A DNA stretch of 64,000 nt from assembly GCF_963921235.1 (NCBI RefSeq), contig NC_086097.1, positions 109,742,001-109,806,000 on the forward strand, written 5' to 3'. The DNA is from Mobula hypostoma. Its lineage: Eukaryota. Made by a program: the position numbers and the translations under genes. Each line of letters opens with the position of its first letter. Position 1 is the first letter of the stretch. The notes beneath the pieces are model-generated. The model was not told where the DNA came from and searched no databases. It saw only the letters and a program-made list of their open reading frames with translations. Below, piece by piece: positions 36,601 to 51,600 of this stretch.

Positions 36601-39600
36601 CAAAAATCTGCTTCTGACATCAGCCCTCCAAACACCTTAAATCTTCCCAATCTCTCAGCCTCTATCACTAACCCTGGCAGGGCGTTCCACACCCCCACTA
36701 CACCCTGTGATCAAAATCAGACATCAGTCCTCGAAACACCTTAAATGTTCCCAATCTCTCTGCCCCTCTCACTAATCCTGACAGGCCATTCCACACAGCC
36801 ACTGCACACTGCGTCAAAACTCTACTTCTGACATCAGTCCACCAAACACCTTAAATGTTCCAAATCTCTCTGTTTCTGTCACTAACCCTGGCAGGATATT
36901 CCACACATCCACTACACCCTGTGCCGAAAACTGCTTCAGACATCAGCCCTCCAACCACCTTAAATGTTCCCAATCTCTCTTCTTCTATCACTAACCCTGG
37001 CAGGGCGATCCACACATCCACTACACCCTGTGTCAAAAATCTACTTCTGACATCAGTCCTCGAAACACCTTAAATGTTCCCAGTCTCTCTGCCTTTATAA
37101 CTAAACCTGGCAGGGCGTTCCACACAACCACTACACCCTGTGTCGACAATCTACTTCTGACATCAGCCCTCCAAACACCTTAAATGTTCCCAATCTCTCG
37201 GCCTCTATCACTAACCCTGGCAGGGCATTCCACACGCCCAGTACAACCTGCGTTGAAAATCTACTTCTGACATCTGCCCTCCAAACACCAGAAATATTCC
37301 CAATCACTCTGCCTCTATCACTAAACTTGGCAGGGTATTCCACACACCCACTACATCCTGCGTAGAAAATCTACTTCTGACATCTGCCCTCCAAACACCA
37401 GAAATATTCCCAATCACTCTGCCTCTGTCACTAACCCTGGCAGGGTATTCCACAAGTCCACTACACCCTGTGTCAAAAATCTGCTTCCGACATCAGCCCT
37501 AAAAACACCTTAAATCTTCCCAATCTCTCTTCTTCTATCACTAACCCTGGCAGGACGTTCCAGACACCCACTACACCCTGTTTCCAAAATCTACTTCTGA
37601 CATCAGCTCTCCGAACACCTTAAATGTTCATATTCTCTCTGCCTGTATCACTAAACCTGGCTAGGCATTCCACACAGGGACTACACCCTGTGTCCAAAAT
37701 GTACTTTTGACATCAGCCCTCCAAACACCAGAAATATTCCCAATCACTCTGCCTCTGTCACTAAACCTGGCAGGGTATCCCACACGTCCACTACACCCTG
37801 TGTCGAAAATCTACTTCTGACATCAGCCCTCCAAACACCTTAACTGTTCCCAATCTCTCTGCCTCTATCACTAACCCTGGCAGGGCGTTCCACACACACA
37901 CTACACCCTGTGTCAAAAATCTACTTCTGACATCAGCCCTCCAAACACCTTAAATGTTCCCAATCTCTCTGCCTCTATCACTAACCCTGGCAGGGCATTC
38001 CACATGTCCACTACACCCTGTGTAAAAAATCTACTTCTGACATTAGCCCTCCAAACACCAGAAATATTCCCAATCACTCTGCCTCTGTCACTAAACCTGG
38101 CAGGGCATTCCACAAGTCCACTACACCCTGTGTCAAAAATCTGCTTCTGACATCAGCCGACCAAACACCTTAAATCTTCCCAATCTCTCTGCCTCTATCA
38201 CTAACCCTGGCATGGGGTTCCACACCCCCACTACACCCTGTGATCAAAATCTACTTCGGACAAAAGCCCTCCAAACACCTTAAATGTTCACAATCTCTCT
38301 GCCTCTCTCACTAACCCTGGCAGGGCATTCCACACGTCCACTACACCCTGCGTAAAAAATCTACTTCTGACATCAGCCCTGCAAAAACATTAAATGTTCC
38401 CAATCTCTCTACCTCTATCACTAACACTGGCAGCGCATTCCACACGTCCACTACACACTGCGTAAAAAATCTACTTCTGACATCAGTACTACAAACACGT
38501 TAAAAGTTCCCAATCTCTCTGCCTTTGTCACTAAATCTGGCAAGGCATTCCACACGTCCACTACACCCTGTGTCAAAAATCTGCTTCAGAAATCAGCCCT
38601 CCACACACCTTAAATCCTCCCAATCGCTCTGCCTCTATCACCAAACATGGCAGGCTGTTCAACACACCCACAACACCCTGTGTTCAAAATCTACTTCTGA
38701 CATCAGCTCTCCAAACACCTTAAATGTTCCCAATCTCTCTGCCTCTATCACTAACCCTGGCAGGGCATTCCACACGTCCACTACACCCTGCGTAAAAAAT
38801 CTACTTCTGACATCAGTCCTCCAAACACTTTAAAAGTTCCCAATCTCTCTTCCTCTATCAGTAACCATTGCAGGGCATTCCACACGTCCACTACATTCTG
38901 TGTCAAAAATCTACTTCTGACATCAGCCCTCCAAACACCTGAAATGTTCCCAATCTCTCTGCCTATATCACTAACCCTGGCAGGGCGATCCACACACCCA
39001 CTACACCCTGTGTCCAAAATCTACTTCTGACATCTGCCCTCCAAACACCAGAAATATTCCCAATCACTCTGCCTCTGTCACTAACCCTGGCAGGGTATTC
39101 CACAAGTCCACTACACCCTGTGTCAAAAATCTGCTTCCGACATCAGCCCTACAAACATCTTAAATCTTCCCAATCTCTCTTCTTCTATCACTAACCCTGG
39201 CAGGACGTTCCAGACACCCACTACACCCTGTGTCCAAAATCTACTTCTGACATCAGCTCTCCAAACACCTTAAATGTTCATATTCTCTCTGCCTGTATCA
39301 CGAAACCTGGCTAGGCATTCCACACAGGGACTACACCCTGTGTCCAAAATGTACTTCTGACATCAGCCCTCCAAACACCTTAATGTTCCCAATCTCTATG
39401 CCTCTATCACTAACCCTGGCAGGGCATTCCACACATCCACTACACCCTGCGTAAAAAATCTACTTCTGACATCAGTCCTCCAAACACGTTAAAAGTTCCC
39501 AATCTCTCTGCCTCTGTCACTAACCCTGGCAGGGTATTCCACACGTCCACTACACCCTGTGTCAAAAATCTGCTTCAGACATCAGCCCTCCAAACACCTT

Positions 39601-42600
39601 AAATCTTCCCAATCTCTCTGCCTCTATCACTAACCCTGGCAGGGCATTCCACACACCCACTACATCCTGCGTAGAAAATCTACTTCTGACATCAGCCCTC
39701 CAAACACCTGAAATGTTCCCAATTTCTCTGCCTCTATAACTATCCCTGGCAGGGCATTCCGCACGTCCATTACACTCTGTGTCAAAAATCTACTTCTGAC
39801 ATTAGCCCTCCAAACACCAGAAATATTCCCAATCACTCTGCCTCTGTCACTAAACCTGGCAGGGCATTCCACAAGTCCACTACACCCTTTGTCAAAAATC
39901 TGCTTCTGACATCAGCCCTCCAAACACCTTAAATCTTCCCAATCTCTCTGCCTCTATCACTAACCCTGGCATGGAGTTCCACACCCCCACTACACCCTGT
40001 GATCAAAATCTACTTCGGACAACAGCCCTCCAAACACCTTAAATGTTCACAATCTCTCTGCCTCTCTCACTAACCCTGGCAGGGCATTCCACACACCCAC
40101 TACACCCTGTGTCAAAAATCTACTTCTGAAATCAGCCCTGCAAAAACATTAAATGTTCCAATTCTCTCTACCTCTATCACTAAACCTGGCAGAGCATTCC
40201 ACACGTCCACTACACACTGCGTAAAAAATCTACTTCTGACATCAGTACTACAAACACGTCAAAAGTTCCCAATCTCTCTGCCTTTGTCACTAAATCTGGC
40301 AAGGCATTCCACACGTCCACTACACCCTGTGTCAAAAATCTGCTTCAGAAATCAGACCTCCACACACCTTAAATCTTCCCAATTGCTCTGCCTCTATCAC
40401 CAAACATGGCAGGGTGTTCAACACACCCACAACACCCTGTGTCCAAAATCTACTTCTGACATCAGCCCTCCAAACACCTTAAATGTTCCCAATCTCTCTG
40501 CCTCTATCACTAACCCTGGCAGGGCATTCCACACGTCCACTACACCCTGTGTCAAAAATCTGCTTCAGACATCAGCCCTCCAAACACCTTAAATCTTCCC
40601 AATCTCTCTGCCTCTATCACTAACCCTGGCAGGGCGTTCCACACACCCACTACACCCTGTGTCCAAAATCTACTTCTGACATCAGCCCTCCAAACAATTT
40701 AAATGTTCCCAATCTCTCTGCCCCTCTCACTAACCCTGACAGGCCATTCCACACAGCCACTACACCCAGCGTCAAAAATCTACTTCTGACATCAGCCCTC
40801 CAAACACCTTATATGTTCCCAATCTCTCTGCCTCTGTCACTAACCCTGGCAGGGCGTTCCCCACACCCACTACACCCTGTGCCAAAAACTGCTTCAGACA
40901 TCAGCCCTCCAAACACCTTAAATCTTCCCAATCTCTCTGCCTCTATCACTAACCCTGGCAGGGCATTCCACACGCCCAGTACATCCTGCGTAGAAAATCT
41001 ACTTCTGATATCTGCCCTCCAAACACCAGAAATATTCCCAATCACTCTGCCTCTGTCACTAACCCTGGCAGGGCATTCCACACACCCACTACACCCTGCG
41101 TAAAAAATCTACTTCTGACATCAGTCCTCCAAACACTTTAAAAGTTCCCAATCTCTCTTCCTCTATCAGTAACCATTGCAGGGCATTCCACACGTCCACT
41201 ACACTCTGTGTCAAAAATCTACTTCTGACATCAGCCCTCCAAACACCTGAAATGTTCCCAATCTCTCTGCCTATATCACTAACCCTGGCAGGGCGTTCCA
41301 CACACCCACTACACCCTGTGTCCAAAATCTACTTCTGACATCATCCCTCCAAACACCTTAAATATTCCCAATCTCTATGCCCCTCTCAATATCCCTGTCA
41401 GGCCATTCCACACAGCCACGACATTCTGAGTCCAAAACGTTCTTGACATCAGCCCTGTAAACACTTTAAATGTTCCCAATCTCTCTAACTCTATCACTAA
41501 ACCTGGCAGGGCGTTCCACACGTCCACTACACCCTGTGTCAAAAATGTACTTCTGACATCAGCGCTCCAAACACCTCAAATCATCCCAATCTCTCTGCCT
41601 CTATCACTAACCCTGGCAGGGCGTTCCACACACCCACTACACCCTGTGTCCAAAATATACTTCTGACATCAGCCCTCCAAACACCTTAAATGTTCCCAAT
41701 CTCTCTGCCTCTGTCACAAAACCTGGCAGGGCATTCCACACACCCACTACACCTTTTGTCAAAAATCTGCTTCTGACATCTGCCCTCCAAACACCTTAAA
41801 TGTTCCCAATCTCTCTGCCTCTATCACTAACCCTGCAGGGCGTTCCACATAACCACTACACCCTGTGATCAAAAATCTACTTCTGACATCAGCCCTCCAA
41901 ACACCTTAAATGTTCCCAATCTCTCTGCCTCTATCACAAACCCTGGCAGGGCATTCCACACACCCACTACACCCTGAGTCAAAATTCTACTTCTGACATC
42001 AGCCCTGCAAACACCTTAAATGTCCCCAATCTCTCTGCCTCTATCACTAACCCTGGCAGGGCGTTCCACACGTCCACTACACACTGCGTAAAAAATCTAC
42101 TTCTGACATCAGTACTCCAAACACGTTAAAAGTTCCCAATCTCTCTGCCTTTGTCACTAAATCTGGCAAGGCATTCCACACGTCCACTACACCCTGTGTC
42201 AAAAATCAGCTTCAGTCATCAGCCCTGCAAACACCTTAAATCTTCACAATTGCTCTGCCTCTATCACCAACCATGGCAGGGCGTTCCACACACCCACTAC
42301 ACCCTGTGTCGAAAATCTACTTCTGACATCAGCCCTCCAAACACCTTAAATATTCCCAATCTCTCTGCCTCTATCACTAACCCTGGCAGGGCGTTCCACA
42401 CACCCACTACACCCTGCGTAAAAAATCTGCTTCTGACATCAGCCCTCCAAACACCTTAAATGTTCCCAATCTCTCTGCCTCTATCACTAACCCTGGCAGG
42501 GCATTCCACACGTCCACTACACCCTGTGTCAAAAATCTACTTCTGACATCAGCCCTCCAAACACCTTAAATGTTCCCAATCTCTCTGCCTCTATCATCAA

Positions 42601-45600
42601 CCCTGGCAGGGCATTCCACACGCCCAGTACATCCTGCGTAGAAAATCTACTTCTGATATCTGCCCTCCAAACACCAGAAATATTCCCAATCACTCTGCCT
42701 CTGTCACTAACCCTGACAGGGTATTCCACAAATCCACTACACCCGGTATCAAAAATCTAATTCTGACATCAGCCCTACAAACACCTGAAATCTTCCCCAT
42801 CTCTCTGCCTCTATCACTAACCCTGGCAGGGCATTCCAATCACCCACTACACCCTGTGTCCAAAATCTACTTCTGACATCAGCCCTCCAAACACCTTAAA
42901 TGTTCCCAATCTCTCTGCCTCTATCACTAACCCTGGCAGGGCATTCCACACACCCACTACACCCTGTGTCAAAAATCTACTTCTGACATCAGCCCTCCAA
43001 ACACCTTAAATGTTCCCAATCTCTCTGCCTCTATCACTAACCCTGGCAGGGCATTCCACACGTCCACTACACCCTGTGTCAAAAATCTACTTCTGACATC
43101 AGCCCTCCAAACACCTTAAATGTTCCCAATCTCTCTGCCTCTATCACTAACCCTGGCAGGGCATTCCACACACCCACTACACCCTGTGTCCAAAATCTAC
43201 TTCTGATATCTGCCCTCCAAACACCAGAAATATTCCCAATCACTCTGCCTCTGTCACTAACCCTGGCAGGGTATTCCACAAGTCCACTACACCCTGTGTC
43301 AAAAATCTGCTTCTGACATCAGCCCTCCAAACACCTTAAATCTTCCCAATCTCTCTGCCTCTATCACTAACCCTGGCAGGGCGTTCCACACACCCACTAC
43401 ACCCTGTGTCCAAAATCTACTTCTGACATCAGCTCTCCAAGCACCTTAAATGTTCATATTCTCTCTGCCTCTATCACGAAACCTGGCTAGGCATTCCACA
43501 CAGGGACTACACCCTGTGTCCAAAATCTACTTCTGACATCAGCCCTCCAAACACCTTAAATGTTCCCAATCTCTCTGCCTCTATCACTAACCCTGGCAGG
43601 GCATTCCACACGTCCACTACACCCTGTGTCAAAAATCTACTTCTGACATCAGCCCTCCAAACACCTTAAATGTTCCCAATCTCTCTGCCTCTGTCACTAA
43701 CCCTGGCAGGGCATTCCACACGTCCACTACACCCTGTGTCAAAAATCTGCTTCAGACATCAGCCCTCCAAACACCTTAAATCTTCCCAATCTCTCTGCCT
43801 CTATCAATAACCCTGGCAGGGCATTCCACACACCCACTACACCCTGCGTAAAAAATCTGCTTCTGACATCAGCCCTCCAAACACCTTAAATGTTCCCAAT
43901 CTCTCTGCCTCTATCACTAACCCTGGCAGGGCATTCCACACGTCCACTACACCCTGCGTAAAAAATCTACTTCTGACATCAGTCCTCCAAACACGTTAAA
44001 AGTTCCCAATCTCTCTGCCTCTGTCACTAACCCTGGCAGGGCATTCCACACGTCCACTACACCCTGTGTCAAAAATCTGCTTCAGACATCAGCCCTCCAA
44101 ACACCTTAAATGTTCCCAATCTCTCTGCCTCTATCACTAACCCTGGCAGGGCGTTCCACACACCCACTACACCCTGTGTCCAAAATCTACTTCTGACATC
44201 AGCCCTCCAAACACCTTAAATATTCCCAATCTCTCTGCCCCTCTCAATAACCCTGACAGCCATTCCACACAGCCACTACACCCTGTGTCAAAAATGTACT
44301 TCTGACATCAGCCCTCCAAACACCTTAAATGTTCCCAATCTCTCTGCCTCTATCACTAACCCTGGCAGGGCATTCCACACGTCCACTACACCCTGTGTCA
44401 AAAATCTACTTCTGACATCAGCCCTCCAAACACCTTAAATCTTCCCAATCTCTCTGCCTCTATCACTAACCCTGGCAGGGCGTTCCCCACACCCACTACA
44501 CCCTGTGTCCAAAATCTACTTCTGACATCAGCCCTCCAAACACCTTAGATGTTCCCAATCTCTCTGCCTCTGTCACAAACCCTGGCAGGGCATTCCACAT
44601 GTCCACTACATCCTGTGTCAAAAATCTACTTCTGACATCAGCCCTCCAAACACCTTAAATATTCCCAATCTCTCTGCCTCTATCACAAACACTGGCAGGG
44701 CATTCCACATGTCCACTACACCCTATGTCAAAAATCTGCTGCTGACATCAGCCCTACAAACACCTTAAATGTTCACAATCTCTCTGCCTCTCTCACTAAC
44801 CCTGGCAGGGCATTCCACACACCCACTACACCCTTTGTCAAAAATCTAGTTCTGAAATCAGTCCTGCAAAAACATTAAATGTTCCCAATCTCTCTACCTC
44901 TATCACTAACACTGGCAGCGCATTCCAGACGTCCACTACACACTGCGTAAAAAATCTACTTCTGACATCAGTACTACAAACACGTTAAAAGTTCCCAATC
45001 TCTCTGCCTTTGTCACTAAATCTGGCAAGGCATTCCACACGTCCACTACACCCTGTGTCAAAAATCTGCTTCAGAAATCAGGCCTCCACACACCTTTAAT
45101 CCTCCCAATCGCTCTGCCTCTATAACCAACCATGGCAGGGAGTTCAACACACCCACAACACCCTGTGTCGACAATCTACTTCTGACATCAGCCCTCCAAA
45201 CACCTGAAATATTCCCAATCTCTCTGCCTCTATCACTAACCCTGGCAGAGCGATCCACACACCCACTACACCCTGTGTCCAAAATCTACTTCTGACATCT
45301 GCCCTCCAAACACCAGAAATATTCCCAATCACTCTGCCTCTGTCACTAACCCTGGCAGGGTATTCCACAAATCCACTACACCCGGTGTCAAAAATCTAAT
45401 TCGGACATCAGCCCTACAAACAGCTCAAATCTTCCCCATCTCTCTGCCTCTATCACTAACCCTGGCAGGGCATTCCACACACCCACTACACCCTGTGTCC
45501 AAAATCTACTTCTGACATCAGCCCTCCAAACACCTTAAATGTTCCCAATCTCTCTGCCTCTATCACAAACCCTGGCAGGGCATTCCACACACCCACTACA

Positions 45601-48600
45601 CCCTGAGTCAAAATTCTACTTCTGACATCAGCCCTGCAAACACCTTAAATGTCCCCAATCTCTCTGCCTATATCACTAACCCTGGCAGGGCATTCCACAC
45701 GTCCACTACACCCTGTGCCAAAAACAGCTTCAGACATCAGCCCTCCAAACACCTTAAATCTTCCCAATCTCTCTGCGTCTGTCACAAACCCTGGCAGGGC
45801 ATTCCATATGTCCACTACATCCAGTGTCAAAAATCTGCTTCTGACATCTGCCCTCAAAACACCTTAAATGTTCCCAATCTCTCTGCCTCTATCACCAACC
45901 ATGGCCGGGCGTTCAACACACCCACTACACCCTGTGTTTAAAATCTATTTCTGACATCAGCTCTCCAAACAACTTAAATGTTCCCAATCTCTCTGCCCCT
46001 CTCAATAACCCTGTCAGGCCATTCCACACAGCCACTACATTCTGAGTCCAGAACCTTCTTGACATCAGCCCTGCAAACACCTTAAATGTTCCCAATCTCT
46101 CTGCCTCTATCACTAACCCTGGCAAGGCGATCCACACACCCACTACAACCTGTGTCCAAAATCTACTTCTGACATCAGCCCTCCAAACACCTTAAATATT
46201 CCCAATCTCTCTGCGTCTGTCACAAACGCTGGGAGGGCATTCCACATGTCCTCTACACCCTGTGTCAAAAATCTGCTCTTGACATCTGCGCTCCAAACAC
46301 CTGAAATGTTCCCAATCTCTCTGCATCTATCACTAACCCTGGCAGGGAATTTCACACACACACTACAACCTGCGTGAAAAAACTACTTCTGACATCATCC
46401 TTCCAAACACCTTAAATGTTCCCAATTTCTCTCCCTCTATCACTAACCCTGGCAGGGCATTCCACACACCTACTACACCCTGTGTCGACAATCTACTTCT
46501 GACATCAGCCCTCCAAACACCAGAAATATTCCTAATCTCTATGCCTCTATCACTAACCCTGGCAGGGCGTTCCACACACACACTACAACCTGCGTGAAAA
46601 ATCAATTTCTGACATCAGCCCTCCAAACACCTTAAATATTCCCAATCTCTCTTCCTCTATCTGTAACCATTGCAGGGCATTCCACACGTCCACTACACTC
46701 TGTGTCAAAAATCTACTTCTGACATCAGCCCTCCAAACACCTTAAATGTTCCCAATCTCTCTGCCTTATATCGCTAACCATGGCAGGGCATTCCACACGC
46801 ACACTACACCCTGTGTCCAAATACTACTTCCGACATCAGCCCACCAAACACCTTAAATGTTCTTAATCTCTCTGCCTCTATCACTAACCCTGGCAGGGCA
46901 TTCCACACGCCCAGTACATCCTGCGTAGAAAATCTACTTCTGATATCTGCTCTCCAAACACCAGAAATATTCCTAATCCCTCGGCCTCTGTCACTAACCC
47001 TGACGGGGTATTCCACAAATCCACTACACCCGGTATCAAAAATCTAATTCTGACATCAGCCCTACCAACACCTGAAATCTTCCCCATCTCTCTGCCTCTA
47101 TCACTAAACCTGGCAGGGCATTCCACACAGCCACTACACCCTGTGTCAAAAATCTACTTCTGACATCAGCCCTGCAAAAACATTAAATGTCCCAATCTCT
47201 CTGCCTATATCACTAACCCTGGCAGGGCATTCCACACGTCCACTACACCCTGCGTAAAAAATCTACTTCTGACATCAGTCCTCCAAACACTTTAAAAGTT
47301 CCCAATCTCTCTGCCTCTATCACTAACCCTGGCAGGGCATTCCACACGTCCACTACACCCTGTGTCAAAAATCTACTTCTGACATCAGCCCTCCAAACAC
47401 CTTAAATGTTCCCAATCTCTCTGCCTCTATCACTAACCCTGGCAGGGCGATCCACACACCCACTACACCTTGTTTCCAAAATCTACTTCTGACATCAGCC
47501 CTCCAAACACCTTAAATATTCCCAATCTCTCTGCCCTTCTCAATATCCCTGTCAGGCCATTCCACACAGCCACTACATTCTGAGTCCAAAGCCTTCTTGA
47601 CATCAGCCCTGCAAACACCTTAAATGTTCCCAATCTCTCTAACTCTATCACTAAACCTGGCAGGGCATTCCACACATCCAGTTCAACCTGCGTATAAAAT
47701 CTACTTCTGACATCTGCACTCAAAACACCAGAAATATTCCTAATCACTCTGCCTCTGTCACTAACCCTGGCAGGGTATTCCACAAATCCACTACACCCGG
47801 TGTCAAAAATCTAATTCGGACATCAGCCCTACAAACAGCTGAAATCTTCCCCATCTCTCTGCCTCTATCACTAACCCTGGCAGGGCATTCCACACGTCCA
47901 CTACACCCTGCGTAAAAAATCTACTTCTGACATCAGCCCTCCAAACACCTTAAATATTCCCAATCTCTCAGCCTCTGGCAATAACCCTGGCAGGGCATTC
48001 CACACGTCGAATACACCTTGTGCCAAAAACAGCTTCAGACATCAGCCCTCCAAACACCTTAAATCTTCCCAATCTCTCTGCGTCTGTCACAAACCCTGGC
48101 AGAGCATTCCACATGTCCACTACATCCAGTGTCAAAAATCTACTTCTGACATCTGCCCTCAAAACACCTTAAATGTTCCCAATCTCTCTGCCTCTATCAC
48201 TAACCCTGGCAGGGTGATCCACACACCCACTACAACCTGTGTCCAAAATCTACTTCTGACATCAACCCTCCAAACCCCTTAAATATTCCCAATCTCTCTG
48301 CGTCTGTCACAAACGCTGGGAGGGCATTCCACATGTCCTCTACACCCTGTGTCAAAAATCTGCTCTTGACATCTGCGCTCCAAACACCTTAAATGTTCCC
48401 AATCTCTCTGCCTCTATCACTAAACCTGGCAGGGTGTTCCACACACCCACTACACCCTGTGTCCAAATACTACTTCCGCCATCAGCCTCCAAACACCTGA
48501 AATGTTCCCAATCTCTCTGCCTCTATCACTAACCCTGGCAGGGCATTCCACACACCCACTACACCCTGTGTAAAAAATCTGCTTCTGACATCAGCCCTCC

Positions 48601-51600
48601 AAACACCTTAAATATTCCCAATCTCTCTGCCTCTATCACTAACCCTGGCAGGGCGTTCCACACACACACTACAACCTGCGTAAAAAATCAAATTCTGACA
48701 TCAGCCCTCCAAACACCTTAAATATTCCCAATCTCACTTCCTCTATCAGTAACCATTGCAGGGCATTCCACACGTCCACTACACTCTTTGTCAAAAATCT
48801 ACTTCCGACAACAGCCCTCCAAACACCTTAAATGTTCCCAATCTCTCTGCCTCTATCACAAACCCTGGCAGGGCATTCCACACACCCACTACACCCTGTG
48901 TCAAAAATCTACTTCTGACATCAGCCCTGCAAAAACATTAAATGTCCCAATCTCTCTGCCTATATCACTAACCCTGGCAGGGTATTCCACACGTCCACTA
49001 CACAGTGTGTAAAAAATCTACTTCTGACATCAGTCCTCCAAACACTTTAAAAGTTCCCAATCTCTCTTCCTCTATTACTAACCATTGCAGGGCATTCCAC
49101 ACGTCCACTACACTCTGTGTCAAAAATCTACTTCTGACATCAGCCCTCCAAACACCTTAAATGTTCCCAATCTCTCTGCCTCTATCACTAACCCTGGCAG
49201 GGCGATCCACACACCCACTACACCCTGTGTCCAAAATCTACTTCTGATATCAGCCCTCCAAACACCTTAAATATTCCCAATCTCTCTGCCCCTCTCAATA
49301 TCCCTGTCAGGCCATTCCACACAGCCACTACATTCTGAGTCCAAAGCCTTCGTGACATCAGCCCTGCAAACACCTTAAATGTTCCCAATCTCTCTAACTC
49401 TATCACTAAACCTGGCAGGGCATTCCACACGTCCAGTTCAACCTGCGTATAAAATCTACTTCTGACATCTGCACTCCAAACACCAGAAATATTCCCAATC
49501 ACTCTGCCTCTGTCACTAACCCTGGCAGGGTATTCCACAAGTCCACTACACCCTGTATCAAAAATCTGCTTCTGACATCAGCCCTACTAACAGCTGAAAT
49601 CTTCCCCATCTCTCTGCCTCTATCACTAACCCTGGCAGGGCATTCCAATCACCCACTACACCCTGTGTCCAAAATCTACTTCTGACATCAGCCCTCCAAA
49701 CACCTTAAATGTTCCCAATCTCTCTGCCTCTATCACTAACCCTGGCAGGGCATTCCACACACCCACTACACCCTGTGTCAAAAAATCTGCTTCTGACATC
49801 AGCCCTCCAAACACCTTAAATGTTCCCAATCTCTCTGCCTCTATCACTAACCCTGGCAGGGCATTCCACACGTCCACTACACCCTGCGTAAAAAATCTAC
49901 TTCTGACATCAGCCCTCCAAACACCTTAAATCTTCCCAATCTCTCTGCCTCTATCACTAACCCTGGCAGGGCATTCCACACACCCACTACACCTTGTGCC
50001 AAAAACTGCTTCAGACATCAGCCCTCCAAACACCTTAAATCTTCCCAATCTCTCTGCCTCTGTCACAAACCCTGGCAGGGCATTCCACATGTCCACTACA
50101 TCCAGTGTCAAAAATCTGCTTCTGACACCTGCCCTCAAAACACCTTAAATGTTCCCAATCTCTCTGCCTCTATCACCAACCATGGCCGGGCGTTCAACAC
50201 ACCCACTACACCCTGTGTTTAAAATCTATTTCTGACATCAGCTCTCCAAACAACTTAAATGTTCCCAATCTCTCTGCCCCTCTCACTAACCCTGATAGGC
50301 CATTCCACACAGCCACTACATTCTGAGTCCAAAACCTTCTTGACATCAGCCCTGCAAACACCTTAAATGTTCCCAATCTCTCTGCCTCTATCACTAACCC
50401 TGGCAGGGCGATCCACACACCCACTACAACCTGTGTCCAAAATCTACTTCTGACATCAGCCCTCCAAACCCCTTAAATATTCCCAATCTCTCTGCCTTTA
50501 TCACTAACCCTGGCAGGGTGTTCCACACACCCACTACACCCTGTGTCCAAAATCTACTTCTGACATCAGCCCTCCAAACACCTTAAATGTTCCCAATCTC
50601 TCTGCCTCTGTCACAAACCCTGGCAGGGCATTCCACACACCCACTACACCCTGTGTCAAAAATCTGCTTCTGACATCAGCCCTCCAAACACCTTAAATGT
50701 TCCCAATCTCTCTGCCTCTATCACTAACCCTGGCAGGGCATTCCACACACCCACTACACCATGCGTAAAAAATCTGCTTCTGACATCAGCCCTCCAAACA
50801 CCTTAAATGTTCCCAATCTCTCTGCCTCTATCACTAACCCTGGCAGGGCATTCCACACACCCACTACACCCTGCGTAAAAAATCTGCTTCTGACATCAGC
50901 CCTCCAAACACCTTAAATGTTCCCAATCTCTCTGCCTCTATCACTAACCCTGGCAGGGCATTCCACACACCCACTACAACCTGCGTAAAAAATCAATTTC
51001 TGACATCAGTCCTCCAAACACCAGAAATATTCCCAATCTCTCTGCCTCTGTCACTAACCCTGGCAGGGCATTCCACACACACACAACAACCCGCGTAAAA
51101 TTTCAACTTCTGACATCAGGCCTCCAAACACCTTAAATATTCCCAATCTCTCTGCCTCTATCACTAACCCTGGCAGGGCATTCCACACGTCCACTACACC
51201 CTGTGTCAAAAATCTACTTCTGACATCAGCCCTCCAAACACATGAAATGTTCCCAATCTCTCTGCCTCTGTCACTAACCCTGGCAGGGCGTTCCACATAC
51301 CCACTACACCCTGTGACCAAATCCTACTTCCGACATCAGCCATCCAAACACCTTAAATGTTCCCAATCTCTCTGCCTCTATCACTAACCCTGGCAGGGCA
51401 TTCCACATGAACAGTACAACCTGCCTATAAAATCTACTTCTGACATCTGCCCTCCAAACACCAGAATTATTCCCAATCACTCTTCCTCTGTCACTAAATC
51501 TGGCAGGGCATTCCACTACACCCTGTGTCAAAAATCTACTTCTGACATCAGCCCTCCAAACAACGTAAATGCTCCCAATCGCTCTGCCCATTCTGACTAA

